64,000 nucleotides of DNA. Origin: Lama guanicoe. Taxonomy: Eukaryota. The stretch covers positions 746,001 to 810,000 of the forward strand of contig MU053933.1 of assembly GCA_013239625.1 (NCBI GenBank). The letters are read 5' to 3'. Made by a program: the position numbers and the translations under genes. The notes under the pieces are model-generated. The model searched no databases, had not been told where the DNA came from, and was given only the letters and a program-made list of their open reading frames with translations. Below are positions 22,518-33,998 of this stretch, in pieces. Within the stretch, counting starts at the first letter, position 1, and each line of letters opens with the position of its first letter.

Positions 22518-23270
22518 GGAGTTTCCATCGCTGCCGAGCAGGTCACCGTGATCTTGAAACAGCACCCACCCACAGCTCTTGGTTCTGTGGGTCAGAAACA
22601 CAAACACAGTGTGGCGGGGGTCTCTGCTCAGGGTCTCAACCTGGAAATGAAGGTGCCGGCTGGGCTGAGTTCCCACTGGAGCCTCCTGGAAGCAGCTCCT
22701 CACTCATCAGGCTGGAGGGAGAATTCAGATCCTTGCAGATGTAGGACTGAAGTCCTCACTGCCTTGCTGGGCGTGGGTTCCTGGAGCCCACCCACATTCT
22801 TTGCCACGTGCCTCCTTCTTTGAAGCCAGCAGTAGAGAGTTTCTTGCACATGGAATCCCTCTCCCTTTGAATCTCTGTGACTTCTCTCTGTGACCAGCCG
22901 GAGAAGCCTCTGCTTCAGATGGACCCACCTGGATGAGTCAGGTCCCCCTGAATGGGTCAGGCACACCTGGATGAGTCAGGCCCACCTGGATGCGTCAGGC
23001 ACACCTGGATGGGTCAGGCACACCTGGATGCGTCAGGCACACCTGGATGGGTCAGGTCCCCCTGGATGGGTCAGGCACACCTGGATGGGTCAGGCACACC
23101 TGGATGGGTCAGGCCCACCTGCGATAATTCCCTTTTCCCTGTGTAGCATAACCCGGTCATGGCAGTGCCAGCTCACCGTAGTCACAGTTCCACCCACGCT
23201 CAAGGGGATTATCCAGGATGTGTGCACCGGGGGCGGGCATCTTGGAGCCACTTGAGACCCTGCCCATCAC
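22518..23270 (-). mobile_element. MLT1 (E/F-like) LTR containing a minisatellite
   Basis: GAGAATTCAGATCCTTGCAGATGTAGGACTGAAGTCC...GGCCCACCTGCGATAAT...GGCATCTTGGAGCCACTTGAG. Confidence 0.7.
22926..23121. repeat. 19-bp minisatellite, about 10.3 copies, consensus CACCTGGATGGGTCAGGCA
   Basis: Units read directly from the sequence; variants TGAGTCA, TGCGTCA and TGGGTCA. Confidence 0.95.
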
Positions 23271-23354
23271 AGGGGATAAGCCACTCATCGGAGTTGCCAC
23301 CATGGTGGGGTGGGAGTCAGTTATGAGGCCATTTTTCCACGGGCTCTTTTCCAG

Positions 23355-23447
23355 GGGAAGCGCTCCTGGACAGCGGCATCAGCGTCACCTGTGTCTTCAC
23401 CTCCCCCGCCCTCCGCTGCGTGCAGACGGCCAAGCACATCCTGGAAG
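23355..23447 (+). CDS. UBASH3A: UBASH3A coding exon, PGM domain (SPALRC motif)
   Basis: CAG| and |GTCAGT sites, 93 nt. EALLDSGISVTCVFTSPALRCVQTAKHILE. Confidence 0.97.
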
Positions 23448-24207
23448 GTCAGTGCCTCAGCATCTCGTGTGGCCTTGACCTTATGACTCTTCTCTCAGGG
23501 GACGGGGAGTGAGCGGAGGGGAGACTTGGGTGAGTGGCCTGGATGGTCACATAAGGTCACCAGATGGTCGTGCACTGCACTCGTGACCTGCTAGCGGGCA
23601 CTGAGCCCATTAGCACTTCTGGAGGATCAGGATTGGAATCGAGTGCCGGGGCCAGGCCATCCCAATTTTGCCTTTGGCCTGCTTCTGCCATGTGTTTAAA
23701 ATAAAAAATCTAGGGAGGGGTATTCAGAAACCCAGAGAGCTGGGAACTGCTGTGACCCCTTCTTCAGCCTAAAGCACGTGCCCCCCAGGGCCAGGGAATC
23801 GGCTTCCGGGAGCTGTCCAGCGCCGTCAGAGGCTGCTGGGTGGCGGGAAGCCAGTGGTGCACCCTTCTGCGGAACCGGAAGAAGCCGGTTCCTGCCAGAG
23901 AAGGGCAGCCTGGTCCGAAGGACTTGGATCTGCCCCGCTGCCTATGCCTGTCCCCACCCCTCCGTGTGTGGGGAAGAGGGCACGTGTGCTAGCTCCCCCT
24001 CCACAGTGAGGGGACAGAGGGCAGAGTGCGTGGATGCAGGAGCAGCAGGTGGGCGTGTGTGGAGGAGGGGGCTGGCCTCCGCTCTCTTGGGGACACAGGA
24101 AGTCAGCTCACCAGCTGAGCGTGAGGAAGGGGAGGGATGGCTGGAGGTCTGCAGGCAGGACGTACTTATCAGGGAGCCAGGCCAGGACACGGATGGGGCA
24201 TACAAGG

Positions 24208-24291
24208 CGACTGCTTGAGGTCAGTGAGCTTACACAGAGGTCAGAGACTCGACTGCTTGAGGTCAGTGAGCTTACACAGAGGTCAGAGACT
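24208..24291. repeat. Perfect 42-bp tandem duplication
   Basis: CGACTGCTTGAGGTCAGTGAGCTTACACAGAGGTCAGAGACT x2. Confidence 0.95.
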
Positions 24292-27200
24292 TTACACTGA
24301 GACCCGTCAGCTGGACTGGGGCTGTCCCCCAGGCACGGACAGGGCAAATCAGGAAGAGCCGGGTCTAACCCTGGACGGGTCTGAGAAGGAAGCGTGATGA
24401 GGCCAGAAGGGGCGAGAGGGAGTGAGGGTGTGCACAGGAGGGCGACGGTGACTGACCGGAGATCCTGAGCTGCGCAAGGAGGGAGGCAGAGGCTGGGGGA
24501 GGAGGGCGAGTCCACGGAGTGAGACCCTGGGCTTCCAGGCAGAAGGTTGGAGTTGGAGGATGAAGGAGACGCAGTGGCAAAGAGGGGAGGGCCGGCTGGA
24601 GACAGAGGGGGGCTGACACTGAGCGTAGAGAGGGTGACAGCTGCTGGTAATGACAAGGTCAGGTTCAGGGAGGAAGCCACGTCACTGGAGGAGGGGGACC
24701 AGGAGCCAGGAGGCTTCTGCTGGACAGCCCATCCTGCAGATAATGCTGTCGCTGAGCACTGTCCCTAGAGCAGTGTCAGAGAGAGGGCCACCAGTAGGGC
24801 TGAAACCCTCATGGGAGGAGCTGTTGAAAGGACAGTGAACCCACAGCCCATGCACCGGCCCAGCCCCGGTGTGTCCTCGCTAATGAAGCGCCTTCCCGAG
24901 TCTGCATGCGGTCTGGAATCCCTCCCAGGGATGGGCCTGATCCTGCACCGGACCCCTGCAGGCTGGTGGCCAGTCCGTTCCTTTCCTGCCTTCTGAGAGA
25001 TGTGCTGTTTCCTGGCCACGTGCTGATTTGTGAGGGGAGAAGTCCATCTCATCCCAGTCCCCTTCCACGTGTCTCTGCATATCGTCCTGAGGCCGTCCCC
25101 CGTTTGTCGTTTCTCACCTGCACGCCCCTGGCAGTGTTCTGGGTCCCTGAGCCTGAGAAACGCCCATGGCCCTCCTAAGTTGAGGTTCACATGGTAATTG
25201 CATTGTTTCCCTGCAACTCAGGGCTGTCGACGCAGGATGGAGCCGAGTGCAGGTGAAGCATGAGCCCAGCGGCTAAACAGACCAGGGAGGACCCAGACCC
25301 CCAGTGTGCAGCTTCAGGATGGCACGGGGTTGAGGGGGGGCCCTGAGGCAAAAACGGCGTCTCTGGACACAACTCACTCCCTCCCCGACCACACACACTC
25401 ACACACACGCACACGCACACACACTCACACTCCCCTTGGGGTTTCATTCAGCCGCAGGGTGGTAGAGTCTAGTGCTGGGGGACAGAGATTGAAAGGAGGT
25501 TGTACCATCGCTGCTTTTGCAGAGCAGTGACCCCCGCCCAGGAAACAAAGGCCCACTGGTGTCAGACTCCCTATTTCTGTGTCCAGATCGATCAATGGCC
25601 CCACTCTGTTCAGGAAGGACTAAGAAAGGAGGCGTGGTTCCTCCAGCCCTGCCCCTGGTCGCAGGTGGTGGGGAGAGCAGAAGTGGTGACCTGAAGGCCG
25701 GGGCTTCCCCTGGTAGCTGGGCCAGCCTTCTCGGCTGTGTTTGCTCTAGAAGTGTTTCCATTTGATAGCTCTATTAGTAAACATGATGGAACAAAGCAAA
25801 CTGGAGATGAAGTGAATTTATCCCTAGATAGCTTAGGATCAATATATTTGTAATTAATTCAACCACTGTCCTAATCAGAGGTGGAGAGGAGAAAGCAAGA
25901 AACACACACAGATACATGATAAACGGTGACAGGCGCGTCCTCGAATCTCCCCCGCCCTCTCCCGCCTTCATACCCGCCGTTTAATGAGCTCATTTAGTTC
26001 TAACCCACCCAGGAAGCTGCTACTTTTCCACTAACCTAAAAAAACACTTCGATTTCCACCTGTGGCCAATGAGATGGCCTGTGTCCAGCCAGGCCAGCAG
26101 GTGGATGTCTCTGAGGATGACTTCCTCCCACGCCGTCAGGAAGTGATGCGCTCAGTCTCCCTTCGCCCACCCAACCTCCCAACCACGGCCACAAGATGTT
26201 ATTAAAAAAGAGAGAGAGAGAGAAGGAATATTCTTTTGGCCTTAGAAGAATATAACTGAGAGCTTCAAAAACATTTTTCGTAACTTCACCCTTTTTTTGT
26301 CATTATTCCTGGTCCCTCGTTAGGAACACATCTGTTCCAATTTCTCTGACTTCTATTATCTGGGTCTCTTGCATAGAAAATAAAAAGCTCCCCATGATGT
26401 GTTCTGACAGTGATCATGTCAATGTCTTTGACGTGACCCCTCGCTGACTTTTACTCTGCATGCGATGATGAGGGTGATGAAGCTGGTTTAACGAGCGTAA
26501 ATTCAGAAGCTGTGTGTCAATCTAGAGAAGCAAGGACACCCAGCCTTCTTCACGCGCCCCCTGGCCTGACCATCTTGCTTCTCTAGAATGTTAACCTTCA
26601 TCTCAGCACCGCGTCAGGCAATGTCCGGGTGGACCGCTCCCCAAAGGGTGGCGCAGAGGACAGGAGGAGGGGCCGACGTCATCTGGGAAACTCTCCAAAC
26701 TCTTTCCTCACGCTGTCTGTGCCCAGTGGACACGAGCCCCTCATGGGCTGCAGGAGACGCCAGGAGCCCCGTCAACCTGGCTTAACTCTCTTTTTAAAAA
26801 AAATTGCTTTAATTGAAGCATAGTAGATTTACAGCGTTGTGTTCATTGCTCGTGTAGAGCATCGTGTTTCAGTTGCGCATGTATATGTAAATTCTTTCTC
26901 CGATTTCTTTTCATGATAGGTTATTAACTGTCCTTTCTAAACGTGCTTGACAAAGGAACCCATTTCCTGGACCTGAAATGCATTTTGGGGATTGATTTTA
27001 CTGCGAGCATTTGCATTTAATGTCCTTTTCTCCATTTCAGTCAAAACCATTAAGGTCTCTTTTCCACCACTCAAAAGAGGCGGCTTTAGTTTATGGGTCC
27101 CTTAGTGAAGGTATACAATGCCAGGGAAGGGCGAGTCGTGAGGGCTAGAATGCTCCAGAAGGTGAGTCCTTTCCCCCTTCAGCTCTGCCAGGCCGGTGCA

Positions 27201-27559
27201 AGCGTCCACGAGGACGGCGCTTCCCTGGGACTAACAAGCCCCATGATTCGCTGTTTTCCCACGGGTCTTGGTTTGGCCAAGTCCCCCTTGACGCAAGGAC
27301 GGGCAGTGGGGCACTTCCCAGATCCCGGGAGACTCTGTCCCTTCCTGATGGACAGCGGGGTTCTCACCCATCTGATAGCCTCCAGCTGCCCATGGCTTTT
27401 GTCTGAGAAATGTCCTGGCTGTGCGTAATCACAGGACAACATTCAACAACAAATCTGCATTTTTTCCAAAGGTTTGGTTTAGACCTAGGAAGAGACTCAT
27501 TGACATAAGGCCAAAATGGACACTGAGGTTGATAAATGTCTGTATTCTGTTGAGTCCAG

Positions 27560-27704
27560 AGCTCAAACTGGAGAAAAAAATTAAGATCAGAGTGGAACCC
27601 GGAATCTTTGAATGGACCAAATGGGAGGCTGGCAAAAACACCCCGACCCTCATGACCTTGGAAGAGCTGAAAGAGGCAAATTTCAACGTCAGCATGGACT
27701 ACAG
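27560..27704 (+). CDS. UBASH3A: UBASH3A coding exon, PGM domain
   Basis: CAG| and |GTGAG sites, 145 nt. LKLEKKIKIRVEPGIFEWTKWEAGKNTPTLMTLEELKEANFNVSMDY. Confidence 0.97.
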
Positions 27705-27765
27705 GTGAGGGGTCCCCCGTGGGCTGCGGGTGAGGGGTCCCACGTGGGCTGCGGGTGAGGGGTCT
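27705..27765. repeat. 25-bp tandem repeat (about 2.4 copies) starting at the splice donor
   Basis: GTGAGGGGTCCC(C/A)CGTGGGCTGCGG units start at 27705, 27730 and 27755. Confidence 0.93.
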
Positions 27766-27779
27766 CATGGCAACTGCTG

Positions 27780-28220
27780 CTGGGGTTTTCTCATTCTTAT
27801 TGAAAACTTATTCATGACGCTTGTTAAAGACTGTGGGGAAGGCTTTATTCAAGAGGGACCACTGCAATGGGGGTTTGCGGCAGGGAAGAGAGATTGGATT
27901 CACATACAAGGCCAAGTGGGGATATTTTTGCCTGGGAGCAGGGTGGGGGAAGGGAAATCCTAGGAGAATATGGTGATTCTTGCTAAAGGCACATAGAACA
28001 TCCTTGCCACAGGCGGGCCAGGGGTCAGACATCCCCCGGGGTGTGGAGGGAGCTGAATTTGATCAGATATTCTGTGTGATCAGATACCAGGGGTGGCGGA
28101 TTCTGGCTAAACTGAGTTAGCAGGATTCTTGCTAAAACTGCGTCCCCAAGGTTGGACACGAAGCCCACAGGTCGGGCCTGTTGAGAAGAGGGTCAGGGAG
28201 CCGGGCTGGAGTTTGTCTGC
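27780..28220 (-). mobile_element. Old ERVL-class LTR (MER74/MER77-like, tentative)
   Basis: TTTATT poly(A) signal in antisense and repeated GATTCTTGCTAAA motifs. Confidence 0.5.
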
Positions 28221-28450
28221 CAGAGGACCTGGGTCGTTCTCTGCCCATGGCTGACTCTGCCGTCACTAGCCCGTCTGGTGCTCGGGGAGAAGGGACACTG
28301 GAGCCCCCACAGCAGCCTTTTGCCAGTTTTGAGCTCAAAACCGAGGCTCGCTGCTGCCCGTGAGCCCTGCCTGGAGGCAGAGTCGTCTCGCTGCTTCTGC
28401 CCCCAATGCCAGCAGACCCGGCCAGCAGCCTCGCCCCCGCTCTGCCCTAG

Positions 28451-28557
28451 GCCGGCCTTCCCCCTCGCCTCCCTCCTGCCGGCCGAGAGCTACCAGGACT
28501 TCGTGCACAGGTGTGCGGTGAGCATGGGTCAGATCGTCAGCGCCTGCCCGCAGGATG
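28451..28557 (+). CDS. UBASH3A: UBASH3A coding exon, PGM domain
   Basis: TAG| and |GTGAG sites, 107 nt. PAFPLASLLPAESYQDFVHRCAVSMGQIVSACPQD. Confidence 0.96.
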
Positions 28558-28675
28558 GTGAGTGCCCTGCTGTCCTCGGGCCCCAGCAACCCCTGGGGGT
28601 TGGGGTCTCACTGATGCGAACTGGGGTGTATCCCGTGAAACGGCGTTGTGTTTGGGATATGCTTTAAAATACTTC

Positions 28676-29169
28676 GCTAAATGTCCATCGACAGATGACG
28701 GTAAAGATGCGGTGTATGCGCACTACACACAATGGTCTATTTCTCAACCATACAAAGAATGAGGCTTTGCCGTTTGCAGCAGCATGGGTAGACTTGGAGG
28801 GCACTGAGCTAAGTGAGATAAGTCAGGCAGAGAAAGACAGATGCTGTGTGGCATCACTTACATGTGGGATCTAAAACATACAGCAAACTAGTGACTATAG
28901 CACAGAAGCAGGCTCACAGACAGAGAGGACAAACCCGCGGTTACCGTGGGGAGAGGGAGGAGCAAGGGGCCGCATGGGGGGGCAGAAAGAGGTTCAGACT
29001 AGCAGGTATAAAACCAGCTCCAAGTATATACCGTGCGGCAGGGAGTCTGGCCAGCGGTTTATGATAACCCCCAGCGGAGGAGAACTACAAATTGCGAGTC
29101 ACTACATTGTACACCTGTAACTTACACAGCATTACGCATCAACTGTACTTCAATAAAAATGTCTAAAAA
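28676..29169 (+). mobile_element. 5'-truncated L1 3' end (older than the 12.1 kb copy)
   Basis: TAAATGTCCATCGACAGATGA...CTAAGTGAGATAAGTCAGGCAGAGAAAGACA...CAATAAAAA. TSD AAAATACTTC at 28666-28675 and 29170-29179. Confidence 0.88.
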
Positions 29170-31130
29170 AAAATACTTCCTGGAAAAGGGGGCTGGGGCA
29201 GCAGACAGACGACACAGGGCGAGCAAGGCAGCAGCAGCTCTTGGGGCTCCACGCCGGGTGCACGGGGTGCACGGCGCATCGGCCCCCTGGGTCTGTGTGA
29301 AGGTGTCCAAGGTAAAACACGAAAAACGAGTCCTGTGAAACTGAAGTTAGCGAGTGTGCTCTGAACAACAGCAGTGCGTCGGGCGCCAGATGAAACATCG
29401 TGGGAAAATCTAAGTGAAGAAGACACGTGCTCTCCCCTCAGGGGGTTGAATATTTGGGGAGAAAGGGGCGCAAGCATCTGGAATATTAAATAACAGGAAG
29501 GCGAGCTCAGGCAAAGTCGATGAGAGACCCTCGGCCCCCTCACCCCACCTGCGCTCTTCCCACCCCTCGTCCCGGGGGGCTCAGGGGACGGAGGGCCCCG
29601 AGAACCAGGACCTCAGGGAGAGCTGAACCCCTGGCCCCCTCCCATACACCGTGGGGTACCCGCTCGAGACCCCAAACCTGGGCGTGTCCAGCGCCCCACC
29701 CACCCCCGCCACGAGGAGGTCCCCATTGCCTGCTTTGCCTGATGGGCACCCTGGGGAGGGAGCTTTGGGAAACCACACCTTAATGCCATTCGATTAATCA
29801 TCAGACTCACACACTGGGGGGCAGAATGAACTCAGAGCCTTTCCTGCGCGCTGGGGCCCAACCCTACTTTTTTCCGCCTATCCCATTTCCAGCCTCCGCC
29901 GTCCCAGGCTGAATTTCAGCGTCTGTGGAAGATCCTCCCTTCCGAGCTCCTCCCTACAGTCGTGAGGTCTTCTGGACACACAGGTGGAAGCATGGCTTCG
30001 TCACCTCTGGTGTCTGCAGAACCCCGTCCACTGGCCGCTGGTTGCAGGGACGCAGACCCAGCCGTCTGTGGCTGTGGCACGTGGCCGGGCGCTCAGGGTG
30101 CAGCGCCTGAGCGGTTGAGTGAGGAGGACTGTGAGGGAGAGGACAGCCCAGCAGGAGGAGGAGGGCGTGAGCAAGGCGGGAAGGGGAGGGCCGTGTGGCT
30201 CAGCAGACGGAGCAACAGAAGATCCAGCGGGGCTGGAGGGTGACAGCGAATGCCTGCCGACTGCCTGGCGCGGGCCCCTCACAGGCCTCACCTGCTAAGC
30301 CCTCGCCCTCGCCCTCCTGGGTGATCTGAAGCGTTTCTGCCACTTACGCCGCGAGACTCTGAAGCCCAGAGGCGCTGAGAGGCCGCGTGCGCAAGTCATC
30401 CCACTGGAGAGCACGGGCCGGGGGTCAGGCCTGCGTGTCCGGCTCCCAGAGCAGCCTCCTGGCAGCCGCATCATGACTCTGGGGCCAAAGACATGAGTGT
30501 GACATTGATGGGAAACAACACAGGAGACGCGGATGGGGGCTTCCGTCTGGGTGTCGACCGAGGGAGAACGTAACAGTCGCAGGAGAGGCAACGTGACCGG
30601 TTTGCCGCAGCCTTGGCTTTCAAAGGAAGCTCTGTGTTCTGATCTCCCCCTAAGGCAGCTCAGTGGGTCTGGCCTCAGGCGTCTGCCTGACTCACTCGGC
30701 TGGTCTAACCCCCAAAGCCCGGCCTTGTCCCAGCATTGGCCCCACGTCCTGTCACCCGAGGGAGGCCCGCCCCTCCCTGGACTCCTGGCTTTCTCTGAAG
30801 TCAGAGTCTTCCAAGGCCCGTTGTAACAACCAGCTGATAATCTCAAACTCACAGGACCAGGCCTGGACAGGAGGGCGGCCTGGAGCACAGCCGTGCCATC
30901 CCTCCAGCCCCCCGGCCCACGTGAGGACGTGACAGGCTCGGAAGAGCTCACGCACCGACGGGCTGACTGCACGGACTGCGCTCCAACCGGCCACGCCTAC
31001 TTCTGCTTCCCACCGGGTCTCTCAGGGCCTCGGCACCACCACGCGCTCCACCCAACGACGCTGGGGGCCCCGTCTAATGAGAGGCACTCTCTGTGCCTGC
31101 TCTGACCTTGAGATGTGCTCTGTCCCGCAG

Positions 31131-31240
31131 CGGGCGTCACGCTGATCGTGGGCCACGGCTCGGCGCTGGACTCCTGCACCCGCCCCCTCCTCCAGCTGCC
31201 GCCCCGGGACTGCGCGGACTTCGCCCAGCTGGTGAGAAAG
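31131..31240 (+). CDS. UBASH3A: UBASH3A coding exon, PGM domain (second catalytic His)
   Basis: CAG| and |GTACG sites, 110 nt. GVTLIVGHGSALDSCTRPLLQLPPRDCADFAQLVRK. Confidence 0.97.
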
Positions 31241-33220
31241 GTACGCGCCCCTCTTTTCTCTCTGGGCAGCACAGCCGAGCAGCCTGAGGATTTGGGGTCG
31301 CCATGCCCCCTCCTCAAGATGGAGACAAGTGTCCTGACATCCCAGGCAGCAGGGACCCGCCTGTCCCCCGAGAACATGCAGGAGGCTGACGGGAGAGGTT
31401 GGCACCTTGATAGTAACTTTGGCCATTTGCTGCCAAGATGATATGAAAAACAATACCAAGGAATTTAGAAATCAGCTCCCGTGGTAACTCCTTGCCGCTC
31501 TGGGGGTTAAGTACATGGCCCGGCGAGGAGTCCGTGATTTGAATAGGGAGAGAAAGGACAGTTGCTTGGCTGGCTGGCTCTGGGGACTTGGGGCTGCTGG
31601 ATGGAAAGGAGCCCCTCCCTCTCGCCGTTGGAGTCACCACAGAACACGAGGGCAGGCCGTAGCGGCCAGAGCACCCGGCACTGGGCCGGGGCTGTGGAAA
31701 CACTTGCTGAAAAGGCAAGCGGGTGGCGGACGTGCAGAGAATACCGGGCCCTTTGGACCGACCTGCGGTGCGTCCCACCCAGCAAAGCAGGGTGGCTTTT
31801 ACCCAGCTAGTGAGATGAGCCAAGGCGGGCAGACTCAGGACTCAGACCTCCTCCTGCCCCTGCCCCGAAAATCTCCTCAGGACTGGATCACCCTCTGCCT
31901 TTGTCTTTTTCATCAAACTAATCAGTCAGCAGACCTGTGACCTTGAGGCTGGGAGTGCAGCGGTGCAGACAACCCCTGTGATGGAGGGTGGGTCCCTGAC
32001 CTGGCCGTGGGACCACCGCCGGCCACAGGAGTGGGTAGCGAGGTGTCGCTGAGCCCCGCAGGGGTCTGGGGGCTGCAGAGGAGCCTGACCAGCACCGGCT
32101 CTGTGCTGTGCAAAGCGCCTGGTCTCAGCCGCTCCCTGCCCTGCTGGAGGAAGCACGTTCCTCCCTCCCCCGGGGTGCGTGAGAAACGAAGTGCTTCCGC
32201 GCTTGAAACGCCCAGGCAGCAGACCCAAGGATGCCCAGTCTTCTTCCTGTCCCCTCTGGACCTGCGTAGAAATGTGTGTTCCCCTCCAAAGTGTCTTCAC
32301 GGTGGTGTTTCCCAGTCATGACCCAGATATCCCTGAGCCCTTCCGGTTCCTGGGCCACCAGTTGACCGTTGTCTAAATGCATGGCTCGGTCACCCCCGCC
32401 ACACGGGGAGACACTGGGGAGACTGTCTGAGGGGTGCTCCTGGTCGGCCCCAGCACTAGCTGCTCCGTAAGTGTCCTCTTGCTCCCACAAATGTCACCAC
32501 ATCTTCCGTTCCTGCACCACATCCTACAGCCCTCAGCTCTCCTGGGAGCCCCATCATCCACAGAGACAGCAGTGCTGCACACACCAGCCACGGCCTGAGA
32601 GCTGCATGTTGACACTGCTCCAAAAACTCATTTGTCTTTGTGGCCAAATTCCCACGCGCTCACCTGACCCTTGGCACCCTCCCCCGTGAGATGCCAGCCT
32701 TGACCCTCCAAACTCCTGCCACTTTCCTTATGCTGACGGCTCAGTGTCCACCCCTGCCCAGCCCCAAATACGCGGGGCCTGCCTGTGCACGTCACAAACG
32801 CACATCTCCGCGGGCTCTGCCGGCGGGCCTCGGCGGGGCAGCGGAAGGTGGACACGCTCGGGCCCACCCCCACCACGCCCACCCCGGCCCCCAGGCCCTC
32901 AGAACAGAGGGAGAGAATGTCGCTGAGTCAACACCAGCCCCCTTGGGTCCTCCCTGCAGGTTGCAGTGCTTGCAAATTTCATCTGACCAAGAAACTTCTA
33001 GACGTTTAAAAGAGAAGGGGGAAAAGGAGAGCAGAGCTCGTAAACAAACAAACAAAAAGCCTGAGGAAGAAGGTCTGCTCCAAACCATTCATTAAACAGA
33101 CGAGGGAACCGAGGGCTAAAGTTTCACTTCGTGCTTTTATCTCGGGTTTGCAAATGCAATCCCTGTATCTTTCTGTGATGCTAAATTTGAGAATGGAAGC
33201 CACTCTTCAAGCAGTCAGTA

Positions 33221-33428
33221 GACAGATGGGGCTCTCAGCTTCCGCACTGCTGACATCTGGGCAGAATCCTGCTGTGCTGGGGACTGTCCTGTGTGTCTGG
33301 GGTGGTAGCAGCATTCCTGGCCTCTACTCCTTAGATGCAATAGCACACACACTGTGACGAAGGACAGTGTCTGCAGACACTTGCCACTGCCCATGGGAGG
33401 GGCAGGGCAGCACCCCTGTGGAGGACTG
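33221..33428 (-). mobile_element. MER20 (hAT-Charlie) DNA transposon
   Basis: GCAGCATTCCTGGCCTCTACTCCTTAGATGCAATAGCA...TGTCTGCAGACACTTGCCA. Confidence 0.75.
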
Positions 33429-33573
33429 TGTGTGAGACACTGGCCCTGTGTTTAAGCAGCGGTGCCAGAGAGGGTACGTCACGCGAGCCTCCGGGGTGTA
33501 GCTGGTTTTAGAACGCGTCTACAGTCAATTGACCTGGTGTAAAATATTCATCAGTGATTGAACTGTGTTCCAG

Positions 33574-33711
33574 GTCCCTTCTCTGGGGATGTGCTTCTGT
33601 GAAGAAAATAAAGAGGAAGGCAAATGGGAGTTGGTGAACCCTCCGGTGAAGACGCTGACTCATGGTTCAAACTCAGGGTTTAACTGGAGGAGCTGGACCC
33701 AGGGCAGCTAA
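33574..33711 (+). CDS. UBASH3A: UBASH3A last coding exon
   Basis: CAG| acceptor. VPSLGMCFCEENKEEGKWELVNPPVKTLTHGSNSGFNWRSWTQGS then TAA at 33709-33711. Confidence 0.97.
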   Translation, partial: VPSLGMCFCEENKEEGKWELVNPPVKTLTHGSNSGFNWRSWTQGS

Positions 33712-33992
33712 GAGCCACCTCTCTGTTCGCATAATGTCACAACGAAGAGGCTGAACTCTTCGCAGAGGCTGTAAGACACTGTCATTTGGAAGGGACCGTT
33801 AGTCTCCCCGAATGCGATTTGTAGAAGCACGGAGCGCACTTTCAGATGCAGAGGGACGGCCGCTTCCACAGTGGCGCCTGCCATCTGCACGCCCGTCCTC
33901 CCACGAGCTTGGCTGTGGGGATGCCACCTTGGACCGTGCATCCGCCATGTGGCTTGGGGGCAGCTGAGGAGCCATGACTCAGGTTTCCAGGA

Positions 33993-33998
33993 ATTAAA
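33993..33998 (+). terminator. Candidate UBASH3A poly(A) signal ATTAAA (alternative AATAAA at 35107-35112)
   Basis: First canonical-type hexamer noticed after the stop, followed by a T-rich tract at ~34033-34050. Confidence 0.4.

Noticed and set aside
22926..23121. CRISPR-like repeat array
   Set aside because: Head-to-tail units with no unique spacers, eukaryotic context and no cas genes; it is a minisatellite.
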